Of a stretch of DNA of 64,000 nt, positions 12,780 to 26,544 are shown piece by piece. The stretch covers positions 32,428,001 through 32,492,000 of the forward strand of contig NC_086108.1 in the NCBI RefSeq assembly GCF_963921235.1, written 5' to 3'. Numbering within the stretch: position 1 is the stretch's first letter; each line of letters starts with the position of its first letter. The stretch is from Mobula hypostoma. Lineage: Eukaryota. The position numbers and the translations under genes are program-made. The notes below the pieces were generated by a model. That model saw nothing but the letters and a program-made list of their open reading frames with translations. It had not been told where the DNA came from and ran no database searches.

Positions 12780-14540
12780 GCTGCTATGGGCACCATGAGG
12801 CGCTGCTGAGGCTGGCCGTGCACATGTGTCGTGGTTTCCGTTAAAGCTGGAATCAGCTTGGGTTGTGGAAAGCCGGGCCTGTTGATTAACGAGTGAGCAA
12901 TTTTATATGAATATATAACATTGAACTTCGCATGCATTCTGTAAGTTAGCACATTTTAAGTCAATTTAGTCAAAAAAAAGTGCTGCTCTAATGCACCGTT
13001 TGGGCTAATTGGTGGTCACAGACAGAGCATGAGAATTTTAGTAGTATATAGATTATGTTCTGTTTTTTGTACTGACCTCTGTGACTGTGAGGTTGTCCAA
13101 ATTGATTTAATATGTTCTGATGCAGGAGACATAGTTGGAGGAGTACTGATGGCTCTATGGGTGATGAAGATGAGTATTTATTGATTACAGTTTGGGGTAG
13201 GGGAATGAAATTTAACTTCCGTCCTTCCTGTCTGGTTGAGTGCAAATACCAAAGATGCCAAAGATAAATGGACATTGTTCTTAAAAGATAGTCTACACTG
13301 TCATTAGATATTAAATGATTCATTTAATATTAAGAAAAAAAACTTAAATGGAAAACGAAAATAGAAACTTACAGACTCAGATGTGAAAGTGATTTTGTGG
13401 GATAATGGTTATTTTACTCCAGGTATTTCATACCTGTTAAAATGGTGAATAAAAGTAAATTGGAAGTTGGTGGGTCTTGATTGTTAGCAGTTAAAGAACT
13501 GTTTAAATTTTCACCATATAAGCTTCATTGATTCAAAACTAACATTAGCAGACTTGTAAACATAAGAATGTGAGAGTAAAAAAGGCCATTGAGCTGGTCT
13601 TGTTGATTTAGGTCCTTGTTGCTGAACCCACTGAGATTATTTTCAGCTTCCTTTCTACTCTGGCGTCAAGCTTCTACCCCATGCTGAATTTGAAATATTT
13701 CCATTTCCTTTCTTGAGTGCTTCAACTGAGTCTACATTCACTGTGCTACATGGCAGTCTATTCATAAACTAACAATTCTAAACATGAACAAGCTACAGTT
13801 TAAGTCAACTTTACTGTGATCCATTATTAAATCGCTGTGCATAAATGACTTTGCACTATCCTGTTGAATCTCATACTGAAGTATTAAAACTTGGGTCAAG
13901 AACAATCTTTTTCATTTATGTTGAGACCTGGCATTCCATAGAACAGTGAGCTAAATCTATAACTTTCTTCCCATTGTGTTGATAACCAAAGTTATTCATG
14001 CTTTATGAAATGAACACCTCATCACTCTCCGTTATGATCAGATACATAACTGGCAGTCATAGTGCAATGGTAATTTAGTTGCCAGAAATCATGATATATG
14101 CTTCCCTGGTTTTTTTAAATATAATTTATCTTTTTAATTGTAGATCATCAAAAATCTATTGATATGTTGTTTCTTGGCCTGCATTCATGGCTTTTCTGTC
14201 AAATATCAAAAACATTGGGAATAATATAATTTGTGGTTTTCCACAAATTCTGGATAATCCAAGTTGATTTCATGTGAACTTTCATGTCTGGCAGTTTGTA
14301 TGGCAAGGCGCATGTTAGTTTGGTCCTGAAATTCCATTTCCATGGTTTAATGAGGGACAGAAATGGCAGCTTGCAGCTATACATGAAATGCTGGAGGAAC
14401 TCAGCAGGTCAGGCAACATCTATGAAAATGAATAATAAACAGTTGACATTTTGGGTTGACCACTAGTTCCTGGTTACGTGCATCATAATGTCCCTTCGCC
14501 TAAACTGAATACCCTGACTAAAAGGCCTGCATGTGCTAAA

Positions 14541-14728
14541 CACGAGGAATTCTGCAGATGCTGGAAATTCAAGCAACACACATCAAAGTTGCTGGTGAAC
14601 GCAGCAGGCCAGGCAGCATTTCTAGGAAGAGGTCAGGACGAAGTGGGTCTCGGCCTGAAACATCAACTGTACCTCTTCTTAGAGATGCTGCCTGGCCTGC
14701 TGTGTTCACCAGCAACTTTGATGTGTGT
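14541..14728. mobile_element. Penelope-like fold-back mini-insertion with degenerate hammerhead
   Basis: Inverted arms of the same PLE end; 13-bp duplication tgcatgtgctaaa at 14528-14540 and 14729-14741. Confidence 0.85.
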
Positions 14729-15269
14729 TGCATGTGCTAAATGCAGCTTTCACTATGCATGGCTGCTTTCAGCAAACTGGTGCATTTGTACTCCCAGGTC
14801 TCTCTGTTCCACAATACTCCTAAGTGCTCTGACATTTGATTTATAGGTACTGTCCTGGTTTGAATGTCCTCAGTGCATCTCCACATCCTTATCTATGTTG
14901 AAATTCATGTGCCATTCCTCAGCCCATATCCCTAATATGTTGGCCTTTCTGAATATGGCTCTATGGTGTGTCCTAATGAACAAAAAGGGGAAGGAAAAAG
15001 TCTGACTGGATTCAAAGAGCAAATTCCTAAAAAAAATACATAAAGAAGGTCCATATTAGTGGGACATTTCACCCAGTACAAGGATACAAATATCCTAATA
15101 GCAACAAGGCTACAGAATACCTTAATTGCATTTAGGAGAATAGTATTAGCCAGTATGTAGTAAAGCCAGCGGGAGTGTAGGAATTCTAGATATAGTTTTA
15201 GGTAGCAATGCGGCAATTAATGGAGTTTCAGTGAGAGCACTTTAATGGTAATGTCATAATTTAGTTAGA

Positions 15270-16195
15270 TTTAAAGTTCAAAGTAAATTTATAATCCAAG
15301 TATGTATATGTCACCATAGCACAAAGCATTCACATTAGCACGAAGAAATGCATTGGAATCAATGAAAACTACAAAACAGAAAGACTGACAAACAACCAAT
15401 GCACAAAAGAGGGCAATCTGTCCAAATACACAAAAAATGAATGAATTAATAATACTGAGAATATGAATTGTAGAGTCCTTGAAACTGAGTCTATAGGCTC
15501 TGGAATCAGTTCAGAGTTGAGATGAGTGAAGTTATCCATACTAGTTCAGGAGCTGCTTGAAGGGTAATAACTGTTCCTGAACTTGCTGGTGTGGAACCTA
15601 AGGTTCCTGTACCTCATTCCCAACGGTGGCAGTGAGAAAAGAGCATTGTCAGGATGGTAGAGTCCTTGATGCTGCTTTCTGTAGATGCACTGATTGCCTG
15701 AGGTGCACTGGGCTGTGTCCATGACTTTTTGTATGCTTTTTCGTACTTGGGCATTGGTGTTTCCATGCCAAGCCTTGAGGATCCTCTCCACTTTGCATCT
15801 ATAGATATTTGTCAGAGAATTGAAGAATTTCAGAGTTGTATACTCTAATAAATGAACCCTTGAAGCTTTAGGTGACATGCCAAAATGACATAAACTTATA
15901 ATATGATAACGGCAAGGAATTTAACGTTAGTGACCCTCTCCACCTTTAAAGCTCTGAGGACTGGCTCATGGGCCTCCAGATTCTTCCTCCTCCAGTCAAT
16001 AATCAGCTCTTTGGTTTTGCCGACATTGAGTGAAGGATTGTTATTTCGGCACTATTCAAACAAATTTTCAATCTCCCTCCTATATACTGATCTGTCATTA
16101 CCTTTGATTTGGGCAACAACAGTGGTGTCAACGGCAAGCTTAAATATGACATTGGAGCTACACTTAGCCTGACGGTCAAGGGCATAAAGTGATAG
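15270..16195 (-). mobile_element. Rex1/Babar-type LINE fragment (old)
   Basis: Minus-strand VIFKLAVDTTVV (degenerate KFADDTT) and YRCKVERILKAWHGN. Confidence 0.7.
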
Positions 16196-16680
16196 GTATT
16201 CAGCAGATTTTATTATGGATATGCTGGTGCTGGAGAGGTTGCAGAGGAGATTTTGCCTGGAATAGAGCATTTCACTCATGAAAGACGAGTGATTGTATCT
16301 CTTTTGCTGGAGCTGAGGAGGTTAAAGGATGTGATTGAGAAATGTAAAGCTATAAGAGGTAGAGATATGGTAAATTGCTGGAAACTTTTCCCATATGATA
16401 AAACTAGAGGACAAGTATTTAGGATGATGAGTAAGAGATTAAAAGGGGATCTGAGTACACCTTTTATACCCAGAGAGTGGCAAGTACCTGGAATACACTG
16501 CCTGTGAGTGGTGGAAGCAGATTGGCTGACACTATTTAAGGAGAGGCTAAACATGTACTTAAATGTCCCAGATATGGAAGGCTACAGGCCAAGTAGTGGA
16601 AAATGGGATGAAAATAATTAGCTGCTTACTGGTTGACTTGGACGTGGTGGACCAAATATCCTGTTTCCGTGTTCTATGAC
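16196..16680 (+). mobile_element. Old CR1 3' fragment
   Basis: Degenerate LELRRLKD and TRG motifs plus CR1-type tail. Confidence 0.6.
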
Positions 16681-18525
16681 ATCACAACAATAGAAAAGGA
16701 CAAAAATAAACTAAGGATCAAGTCTCTAAGTTTAGATAAGACCATTTAGCTAAGGAGTGGATTCACAAATGTTTATTGGAAGCAGATCATAGCAATCAAA
16801 AGCATTCAAAGAAGAAGGTGAGTTCCAGCAAAAGGTTGTGATCTAAACGATAAAGTGCAGGGATGTTAAGACAGGACCAAAAAGGGAGAAGTATCGGATA
16901 CTGAGAACTCATTACTGCAGAAAACTGGAAGATTACAGAAATTAAAGGGATGAAGTTAAAAGGAGAATTAAGAAAGCAATAAGGACATGATAAAATGCTG
17001 GCAAGTAATATCAAAATGTTTTAAATTACATAAAGAGCAAAATATTAACAGGACAGAATAGGATTGAATGGGGATTGAAATGTAACTTGTTTTTTATCTC
17101 AAAATATTTTCTATGAAAAATCAAAATGATCTTATGAAAATATTGCTGAACATTTTGTATAAGGCCATGAGAATCCTTGTAACATTAGCACATCATCAGA
17201 GATCCTTGGTTAGTAATCTTAGAGCAAATTATTCATGGGATTTTAACACAATTTAACTAAGGAGGTAGAGATTGCAAGTTAAGTTTTTAATACTGTCCCC
17301 TCATAAAATAGGAGACAAGGCTGACATTTAGGAGAAAGAGTGCAAAATATTGAATGAGGTAACGATGGTAAGAGACAATTTAATGAAGAAGTAAGTCTTT
17401 TGCCCTGAAAAGTATGCAACAATGTATTAATATAAGAAAGGCAAGCAATTGAAAAGATGCTGATCATCATCTTCTAATCCTCCACTTGACAGGAATGCTG
17501 TTAGAGGATTCAGATTTATTTACTTATCACGTGTACGTTGAAACATACAGTGAAATGTATTGTTTGCATTTACAACCTAAGGATGTGCTGGGAGCCACCT
17601 GCAACTGTCGCCACACATTCAGGCGCCAATGTAGCATGTCCGCTATGTTTACAGAGCAATAAAAGCAACAGCAGCAAGACCAGCCCCATTCCCCTCTGCC
17701 AACACAGATGGTCTTCTAACCTCTGGGAGGGCCACCATCCCTCATCCTCGCTGGTCTGTCGACCTGACATCTGACCACGGATGTCCTTCATCACACATCC
17801 ACATCACTATTCTTCCCCACTTCACATTCAAACTCTATCCTGACCTCTAATTCCCTCACATCCCTGTCCTTTTAAGCCCTAACCTGACCCCTAACTCCTC
17901 ATTCTGTCCCCAAAACCATCCGTGTGAACCTAAAAAAAAAACAACTGTCTGAGCCATGATCTTGACAGAGACCAAAGTTTGGCACCATTTTGACTGGAAG
18001 GAGGATTGTGCGTTTGAATGGAGCGTGATGAGTACAGTTTTGAACTGCAGAAGGTGTTCTATAACTAGTCATGTGGGCTGAAAAATGGCAAGTTGAATCT
18101 ATTCTGGAATGTTGTGAGGTTAAGCTTTTGGGGCTATGCAAAAAGACAAGTGTATTATAGAACATTTGAGACGTGAAGTTATGAGGAACCTTTGGGTATA
18201 CATCTAAAGGTTGAACATGGAGTAAAGTAAGAGGTGCTTTTTAAAAAAAAAATAGTTGAGGTATAGAATGTGAGAGAAGGGAGCTTATGCAACCTAAACT
18301 AACAAGAGTACACCATATAATGTTGATCCTGGCACTGCAGGACAAATTTGAATGTACTTAAGATGCAGAAGCAATTGATGAGAATACTCCCTGAACATTT
18401 TAGCAAAGAAGAGATTGAATAGACTGGAAACACGAGGAAATCTGCAGATGCTGGAATTTCAAGCAACACACTTAAAAGTTGCTGGTGAACGCAGCAAGCT
18501 AGGCAGCATCTCTAGGAAGAGGTAC

Positions 18526-18561
18526 AGTCGATGTTTCGGGCCGAGACCCTTCGTCAGGACT
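18526..18561 (-). ncRNA. Minimal type I hammerhead ribozyme motif (loop III palindrome mutated)
   Basis: AGUC-CUGACGA-A-GGG(UCUCGG)CCC-GAAA-CA-UC-GACU. Confidence 0.7.
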
Positions 18562-19108
18562 AACTGAAAGAAGAGATAGTAAGAGATTTGAAAGTGGGAG
18601 GGGGAGATCCGAAATGATAGGAGAAGACAGGAGGGAGAGGGATGGAGCCAAGAGCTGGACAGGTGATTGGCAAAAGGGATATGAGAGGATCATGGGACAG
18701 GAGGTCCAGGGAGAAAGAAAAGGGGGGGGAAACCCATAGGATGGGCAAGGGATATAGTGAGAGGGACAGAGGGAGAAAAAGGAGAGAGAGAAAAAGAATG
18801 TATGTGTATATAAATAAATAAATAACAGAAGTGGATACAGGGGGAGGTGGGGCATTAATGGAAGTTTGAGAAGTGAATGTTCATGCCATCAGGTTGGAGG
18901 CTACCCAGATGGAATATAAGGTGTTGTTCCTCCATCCTGAGTGTGGCTTCTCAGTAGAGGAGGCCATGGATAGACATATCAGAATGGGACGTGGAATTAA
19001 ACTATCCAGCTCTTGGCTCCATCCTTCCCCCTCCTGTCTTCTCCTATCATTTCGGATCTTCCCCTCCCCCTCCCACTTTCAAATCTCTTACTAGCTCTTC
19101 TTTCAGTT

Positions 19109-19144
19109 AGTCCTGATGAAGGGTCTCGGCCCGAAACGTCGACT
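19109..19144 (+). ncRNA. Minimal type I hammerhead ribozyme motif
   Basis: AGUC-CUGAUGA-A-GGG(UCUCGG)CCC-GAAA-CG-UC-GACU; stem I AGUC/GACU; predicted cleavage after C19140. Confidence 0.85.
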
Positions 19145-22072
19145 GTACCTCTTCCTGAGATGCTGCCTGGCCTGCTGCATTCGCTAGCAACTTTTATGAA
19201 TAGACTGGAATTGTGTTCCTTGGAGCAGAGCAGATAGGGAGGATATTTACTTGAAGCATGTAAAATTAAGGGGCAAAGTTGAAGTCAGAAGGAAAGTATA
19301 ATTTTCATTGTTGATGGATCAAAACTTAGGAACATAAATTTGCAGTAGGTGAGAGGTGAGTTGGTAGGCATATGGACCTCATTTCTAAATACTTGTCACA
19401 TTTTAAAAGTCCTCAGACGTGCACTTAATCAACCACAATTTGGAAATCCTTGGACCTATTGCTAGAAGATGGAAGTAGTTTGACTGGTATGGACATGATG
19501 GGCCAAATGAGTCTCCTGTGTTGTACATTGTGATCCTGGAGGCTCAAAAACAGAACATTAAAATTGAAGAAGGGTACCTCCACAGATGTTGGACTCACAA
19601 AGTTCTTAAAAATTGCTGTTTTATCTTTTTTTGTCATAATTTACCCCAATCCTGCAATCTACAGTTCTGTTACTTTCAAAACAGAATAGTTTTCTGGATA
19701 CAAAGCTATTCCAATAGTCAAATACAAATGTGTGTTTTTTTTTCAGAAAATCATTCTTTGGGATTGATAATGTGTAAAACAATGTGATGGGGAAAGTGTA
19801 GTATGCTTGGAAGAAATTCATTGACTTGTCTTGCAGTTTCCAAAAAAAAATTTACATCAGTGGGGAATAATTCACATTGCATCTTAGACTACCAGAGACA
19901 ATGTTGAGGTTGATTGTCATGGATGTCAGCGGCTTTATTTTTGTGTCATGATCAAATTAGATGTAACTAAATTTTTAACATCCTTTAAACAGTTCAATTT
20001 TTTTAAACTGATTTTTATACTTCATGATTTAAGAACAGTTACATTTTTCAAACCTCCTCTTCCATTCCATGCATAAACTTCTCAAGGACAGTGCAGCAAT
20101 ATTCAAACATAACTGCAATAATGTTACTGTCTTTCATATTCTCTCATGAGATTTGGTCCATTGATCCTAAGCCAGCTCTTTGAGATACCAGATTTTCTTT
20201 CTGTATCTTTGTTTCCCTCTGTCTATGATTGATTTCCTTTTCTTCCTCTGCTTTTTTGAGGAAGTAAACCATTGGGTGTTACATTTGAGGTTCTAGTTGC
20301 CCTTTTGATATTGGTGCCATTGACAATTCACATTGCCGGCTAATCATAGTAAAACTATGATCTGAAGGGGTAAGAGGAAAATATTCAGTTCATATTTGCT
20401 GCAAAATGTGCTATCCAGAAATATCTTGCCCATTTTAAGTGGTCTATGAGCATGGATGATCAGTTAATTTAGTGTTCGACTTTTTTTTGTTTTTCCCTTT
20501 TCTACGTTATAATGATCCACTATGACTGATTTATGACTGATTTCTTGGTAAATTTTGTTGAATGTCCTCTGAAAATCCAAATGTTATGCATTGTACTTGA
20601 TGACTTTTGTTGTGTCTCCCATAAAAAATGTTTGTTGGCTATATTCTGCTCTAGACTTTTATAATTGCTCATACAAGTGCTGCAGGTTATTATGATGTCA
20701 CATTGTGGCAGTGAGTAGTGAATGAGCTAACAATGATCTGACAGAATATTGATTTGTCACCTCCTGAAAAGTGAGTTGTGTTCAGTGAAACAATGTGTAT
20801 AGTAACTTGAATGTATATTGTATTGTAAATTTAAACAAAAATTTTTGACCTGGTGATAGTTGATGTACCTCCATGGGGACAGCTGAGATTTATTCTCGCA
20901 TACTTTTTCATTTGCTTTTGCCATGACTCATAGTTATAAAGGGCATATAGAGTCATAGATATAGAGTACAGCACAGAATCAGGCCCTTTGGCCCATCTAG
21001 TCCATGCTGAAACCATTTAAACTGCCTACTCTCAATGACCTGCACCAGGACCATAACCCTCTGTATCCCTATCCAAACTTCTCTGAAGCATTGAAATTGA
21101 GCTTGCGTGGACCACTTGTGCTGGTAGCTCATCCTATACTCTCATTGCCCTCTGAATGAAGACGTTTCTCCTTATGTACCCCTTAAACTTCTCACCTTTC
21201 ACCCTTAAGCCATAACCTCTGGTTGTAGTCCCACTCAACCTCAGTGGAAAAAGCCTGCTTGCATTTATCCTATCGATACCCCTCATAATATTGTACACCT
21301 CCTGTCAAATCTCTGCACTCTTTGGACCTTGTTTACATCTTTCCTGTAGGTAGATGACCGAAACTACACACAATACCCTAAATTAGGCTTCACCAACTTC
21401 AACATAACGTCCCATCTTCTGTACTTAGTACATTGATTTATGAAGGCCAGTGTGCCAAAAGCTTTCTTTATGACCCTATCGACCTGTGATGCCACTTACA
21501 ATGAATTATGTACCTGTATTTCTAGATCCTTTTGTTATACCACACTCCTCAGTGCCCGACCATTCACTGTGTAAGACCTACCCTGGTTGGTCCTACTGAA
21601 GTGCAAAACCTCATACTTGTCTGCATTAAATTCTATCTACCTTTGTTTTTTCAAGCCCAGTTTTTCCAGCTGATGCAAGCCATGATAGCTTCTTACTGTC
21701 CACTGCATCCCCAATTTTGGTGTCGTCCGCAAATTTGCTGATTCAGTTAACCACATTTATCATCCAGATCATTGATAGCAATCATAAGCAACAAAAGACC
21801 CAGCACCCATCCCTGCAGCACACCACTAGTCCCAGGCCTCCAGTTGGAGAGGCACCTTCTACTACTACTCTCTGGCTCTCCCACAAAGCCAATGCCTAAT
21901 CCAATTTACTATCTCATCCTGAATGCCACGCGACTGAACCTTCTTGAATAGCCCCCATGCGGGACCTTGTCAAGTGTCCATGTAGACGACATCCACCGAC
22001 TTGCCTTCATCAGCTTTCCTTGTAACTTCCTTGAAAAACTCTGGTTAGACATGACCTACCATGCACAAAGCT

Positions 22073-22108
22073 AGTCCTGACGAAGGGTCTCGGCCTGAAA
22101 CGTCGACT
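22073..22108 (+). ncRNA. Minimal type I hammerhead ribozyme motif
   Basis: AGUC-CUGACGA-AGG(GUCUCGG)CCU-GAAA-CG-UC-GACU; predicted cleavage after C22104. Confidence 0.85.
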
Positions 22109-22165
22109 GTACCTCTTCCTAGAGATGATGCCTGGCCTGCTGCGTTCACCAGCAATTTTTGTGTG
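22074..22165 (+). mobile_element. 92-bp Penelope-derived insertion (hammerhead plus short 3' flank)
   Basis: 13-bp TSD atgcacaaagcta at 22061-22073 and 22166-22178. Confidence 0.9.
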
Positions 22166-22431
22166 ATGCACAAAGCTATGCTGACTATCCCTAATCAGTC
22201 CGTGTCTATCCAAATACTTGTATATTTGGTCCCTTAGAATACTTTTCAATAACTTTCCCACAACTGATGTCAGACTCACCGGCCTATAATTTCCTGCTTT
22301 CTGTTTAGTGTCTTTTTTAAATAGCAGAACAACATTGACTATCCTCCAATCATCTGGTAATTTCTACATATCTATGAAAGGTGTTCTGTATTAGAGAGTT
22401 GTAAAACAGTTTTTTTTCCCTCCTTTGTTAG

Positions 22432-22532
22432 TGTTCAGAATCAAGTTGACGAGGTTATTGATGTGATGCAGGAGAATATCACCCGAGTGATTGAACGAGG
22501 AGAGCGGCTTGATGAACTACAAGATAAATCTG
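22432..22532 (+). CDS. VAMP4: VAMP4 internal coding exon (SNARE motif, N-terminal half)
   Basis: tttgttag| acceptor and |gtaag donor; 101 bp. Translates VQNQVDEVIDVMQENITRVIERGERLDELQDKS, nearly identical to vertebrate VAMP4, including the zero-layer Arg (ERGE). Confidence 0.97.
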
Positions 22533-23457
22533 GTAAGAACTGTCTTTCATGGTTTATTTACACTTTTAATACTTTAAATCAATTGTTTTGTATCTTGAAT
22601 GCATGCAATTAACCCTGTCAACTCTAGTAAGAAGGCACCATTAAATTTTACCAATTGGACCTAATAGCTGCTTTCGGGTCACGGATGCATGTGCAATGTA
22701 GAACTGCCTGACAAAAAATAATAATCCCCTGTTTGTAGTAATGCTTTGACAACAAACTAAGAAAAGCCCAAGTCTTACTGGCAGTCAGATTCATGAGCAG
22801 TTTAAAAAAAAACACAAAAATATTTTGAAAATCAATTGTATTAAAATTATTAATTCAAATTAAGGATGACACTTAAAACACCAGATAGCTCTTAAACAAT
22901 GACGCATTATATATGTTCATGTCAACATAACTGCAGTAAATTAAGAATGTAAATTTCATTGTAACTTGCATGTGCCCCTTGGGTCATCAGGCAGGTGTCC
23001 CAGCGTTACTGCTGCACAAAGATGGCAGTCCCTGTCTAATTCCAAGAGCAGTTCAGTATTGGAATGCTGTTGCAAAGACCTCTTAGGAAGTTCAGTATTT
23101 CTGTACTGAAGTAAAGTTTTTAAACTGGCAGTCTGGACTAGCCCTTCAGGCAAACAAATCTGTGTACCACCATTCTAAATCAATGGAATGAAACCTGAGC
23201 AATTTGTCCCTAGGTTGACCCTAATACCCTAAAGAATAGATATAATGTTGTTGTGTACGTATTTCTGAGCTTATCTGGGACCATTTGGGAATTTAACTAA
23301 CTTTTAATATTTTACATTCCCAGATACTAACAAAGTAGATTTGCTAGTGGCTCTTGGTCACCCTACCCCTCTGCCCCACCCACCACATAGGTCAACTCTT
23401 GCTAATTTCTACCCATGCCAACATAGCTTTAGTAATAAATATTGTTCTGACATCAAT

Positions 23458-26245
23458 ATTGGGTGACCAGGGATGGGAGCTCAACGTTCAGGGATATTCA
23501 ATATTCAGGAGGGATAGACATGAAGGAAGGGGAGGTGGGGTGGCGTTGCTGGTTAAAGAAGAGATTAACGCAATAGAAAGGAAGGACATAAGCCGGGAAG
23601 ATGTGGAATCGATATGGGAAGAGCTGCGTAACACTAAGGGGCAGAAGACGCTGGTGGGAGTTGTGTACAGGCCACCTAACAGTAGTAGTGAGGGTGGAGA
23701 TGGTATTAAACAGGAAATTAGAAATGTGTGCAATAAAGGAACAGCAGTTATAATGGGTGACTTCAATCTACATGTAGATTGGGTGAACCAAATTGGTAAA
23801 GGTGCTGAGGAAGAGGATTTCTTGGAATGTATGCCGGATGGTTTTTTGAACCAACATGTCGAGGAACCAACTAGAGAGCAGGCTATTCTGGACTGGGTTT
23901 TGAGCAATGAGGAAGGGTTAATTAGCGATCTTGTCGTGAGAGGCCCCTTGGGTAAGAGTGACCATAATATGGTGGAATTCTTCATTAAGATGGGGAGTGA
24001 CATAGTTAATTCAGAAACAAAGGTTCTGAACTTAAAGAGGGGTAACTTTGAAGGTATGAGACGTGAATTAGCTAAGATAGACTGGCAAATGACACTTAAA
24101 GGATTGACGGTGGATATGCAATGGCAAGCATTTAAAGGTTGCATGGATGAACTACAACAATTGTTCATCCCAGTTTGGCAAAAGAATAAATCAAGGAAGG
24201 TAGTGCACCCGTGGCTGACAAGAGAAATTAGGGATAGTATCAATTCCAAAGAAGAAGCATACAAATTAGCCAGAGAAAGTGGCTCACCTGAGGTCTGGGA
24301 GAAATTCAGAGTTCAGCAGAGGAGGACAAAGGGCTTAATTAGGAAGGGGAAAAAAGATTGAGAGAAAACTGGCAGGAAACATAAAAACGGACTGTAAAAG
24401 CTTTTATAGATATGTAAAAAGGAAAAGACTGGTAAAGACAAATGTAGGTCCCCTGCAGACAGAAACAGGTGAATTGATTATGGGGAGCAAGGACATGGCA
24501 GACCAATTGAATAATTACTTTGGTTCTGTCTTCACTAAGGAGGACATAAATAATCTTCCAGAAATAGTAGGGGACAGAGGGTCCAGTGAGATGGAGGAAC
24601 TGAGCGAAATACATGTTAGTAGGGAAGTGGTGTTAGGTAAATTGAAGGGATTAAAGGCAGATAAATCCCCAGGGCCAGATGGTCTGCATCCTAGAGTGCT
24701 TAAGGAAGTAGCCCGAGAAATAGTGGATGCATTAGTGATAATTTTTCAAAACTCGTTAGATTCTGGACTAGTTCCTGAGGATTGGAGGGTGGCTAATGTA
24801 ACTCCACTTTTTAAAAAAGGAGGGAGAGAGAAACCGGGGAATTATAGACCGGTTAGCCTAACGTCGGTGGTGGGGAAACTGCTGGAGTCAGTTATCAAAG
24901 ATGTGATAACAGCACATTTGGAAAGCGGTGAAATGATCGGACAAAGTCAACATGGATTTGTGAAAGGAAAATCATGTCTGACGAATCTCATAGAATTTTT
25001 TGAGGATGTAACTAGTAGAGTGGATAGGGGAGAACCAGTGGATGTGGTATATTTGGATTTTCAAAAGGCTTTTGACAAGGTCCCACACAGGAGATTAGTG
25101 TGCAAACTTAAAGCACACGGTATTGGGGGTAAGGTATTGGTGTGGGTGGAGAATTGGTTAGCAGACAGGAAGCAAAGAGTGGGAATAAACGGGACCTTTT
25201 CAGAATGGCAGGCAGTGACTAGTGGGGTACCGCAAGGCTCAGTGCTGGGACCCCAGTTGTTTACAATATATATTAATGACTTGGATGAGGGAATTAAATG
25301 CAGCATCTCCAAGTTTGCGGATGACACGAAGCTGGGTGGCAGTGTTAGCTGTGAGGAGGATGCTAAGAGGATGCAGGGTGACTTGGATAGGTTGGGTGAG
25401 TGGGCAAATTCATGGCAGATGCAATTTAATGTGGATAAATGTGAAGTTATCCACTTTGGTGGCAAAAATAGGAAAACAGATTATTATCTGAATGGTGGCC
25501 GATTAGGAAAAGGGGAGGTGCAACGAGACCTGGGTGTCATTATACACCAGTCATTGAAAGTGGGCATGCAGGTACAGCAGGCGGTGAAAAAAGGTGAATG
25601 GTATGCTGGCATTTATAGCGAGAGGATTTGAGTACAGGAGCAGGGAGGTACTACTGCAGTTGTACAAGGCCTTGGTGAGACCACACCTGGAGTATTGTGT
25701 GCAGTTTTGGTCCCCTAATCTGAGGAAAGACATCCTTGCCATAGAGGGAGTACAAAGAAGGTTCACCAGATTGATTCCTGGGATGGCAGGACTTTCATAT
25801 GAAGAAAGACTGGATGAACTGGGCTTGTACTCGTTGGAATTTAGAAGATTGAGGGGGGATCTGATTGAAACTTATAAGATCCTAAAGGGATTGGACAGGC
25901 TAGATGCAGGAAGATTGTTCCCGATGTTGGGGAAGTCCAGAACGAGGGGCCACCGTTTGAGGATAGAGGGGAATCCTTTTAGGACTGAGATTAGGAAAAA
26001 CTTCTTCACACAGACAGTGGTGAATCTGTGGAATTCTCTGCCACAGGAAACAGTTGAGGCCAGTTCATTGGCTATATTTAAGAGGGAGTTAGATATGGCC
26101 CTTGTGGCTACGGGGGTCAGGGGGTATGGAGGGAAGGATGGGGCGGGGTTCTGAGTTGGATGATCAGCCATGATCATAATAAATGGTGGTGCAGGCTCAA
26201 AGGGCCGAATGGCCTACTCCTGCACCTATTTTCTATGTTTCTATC
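23458..26245 (+). mobile_element. Young 5'-truncated CR1 LINE (APE + RT)
   Basis: Three long ORFs (23354-24361, 24474-25631, 25594-26154) form one ORF2 broken by two frameshifts. ttctatgtttctat tail; probable 7-bp TSD catcaat (23451-23457, 26246-26252). Confidence 0.95.
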
Positions 26246-26544
26246 CATCAATCTAAATGTTTTCTAGATCTATTCTGAATTTCTACAGCTGAAAATCCAG
26301 TAACCTGCAGCCTTTCAAATGGTCTTGGCACATCAAGACCATTGGATCTTCTTCAGTTCCTTTGACTTGACGTGCGAACAGAAAAGGAAATTTGCCAGGT
26401 TTCCCCTTCAAAGTCCAGCATGGCTGGTCCTTGCTGAGTTACTGTGGTAATGACACATGGACAAGTATATTGGCCTCGATTCATTAAATTACACGCTTTG
26501 TTGTACATTAAGTATTAACAGGGACACATTAGTTTTAAATCCTA

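Larger units (their letters stand above)
18430..19196. mobile_element. Penelope-like element insertion: minus-strand 3' end plus inverted second arm
   Basis: Minus strand 18855-18947 encodes ATLRMEEQHLIFHLGSLQPDGMNIHFSNFH-stop (GIY-YIG C-terminus). Arms about 18474-18659 and 19005-19196 are inverted. 14-bp TSD tgaatagactggaa at 18416-18429 and 19197-19210. Confidence 0.92.
20950..22358 (-). mobile_element. CR1 LINE RT/3' fragment interrupted by a PLE mini-insertion
   Basis: Minus-strand SLTSVVGKLL..QHSFV; the CR1 sequence resumes across 22074-22165. Confidence 0.8.

Noticed and set aside
1..22431. Upstream VAMP4 exons (MPPKFKR.., dileucine/acidic cluster, GPSGPRFG..)
   Set aside because: No matching coding sequence found by eye. 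They are presumably upstream of the window, though a very short exon could have been missed.
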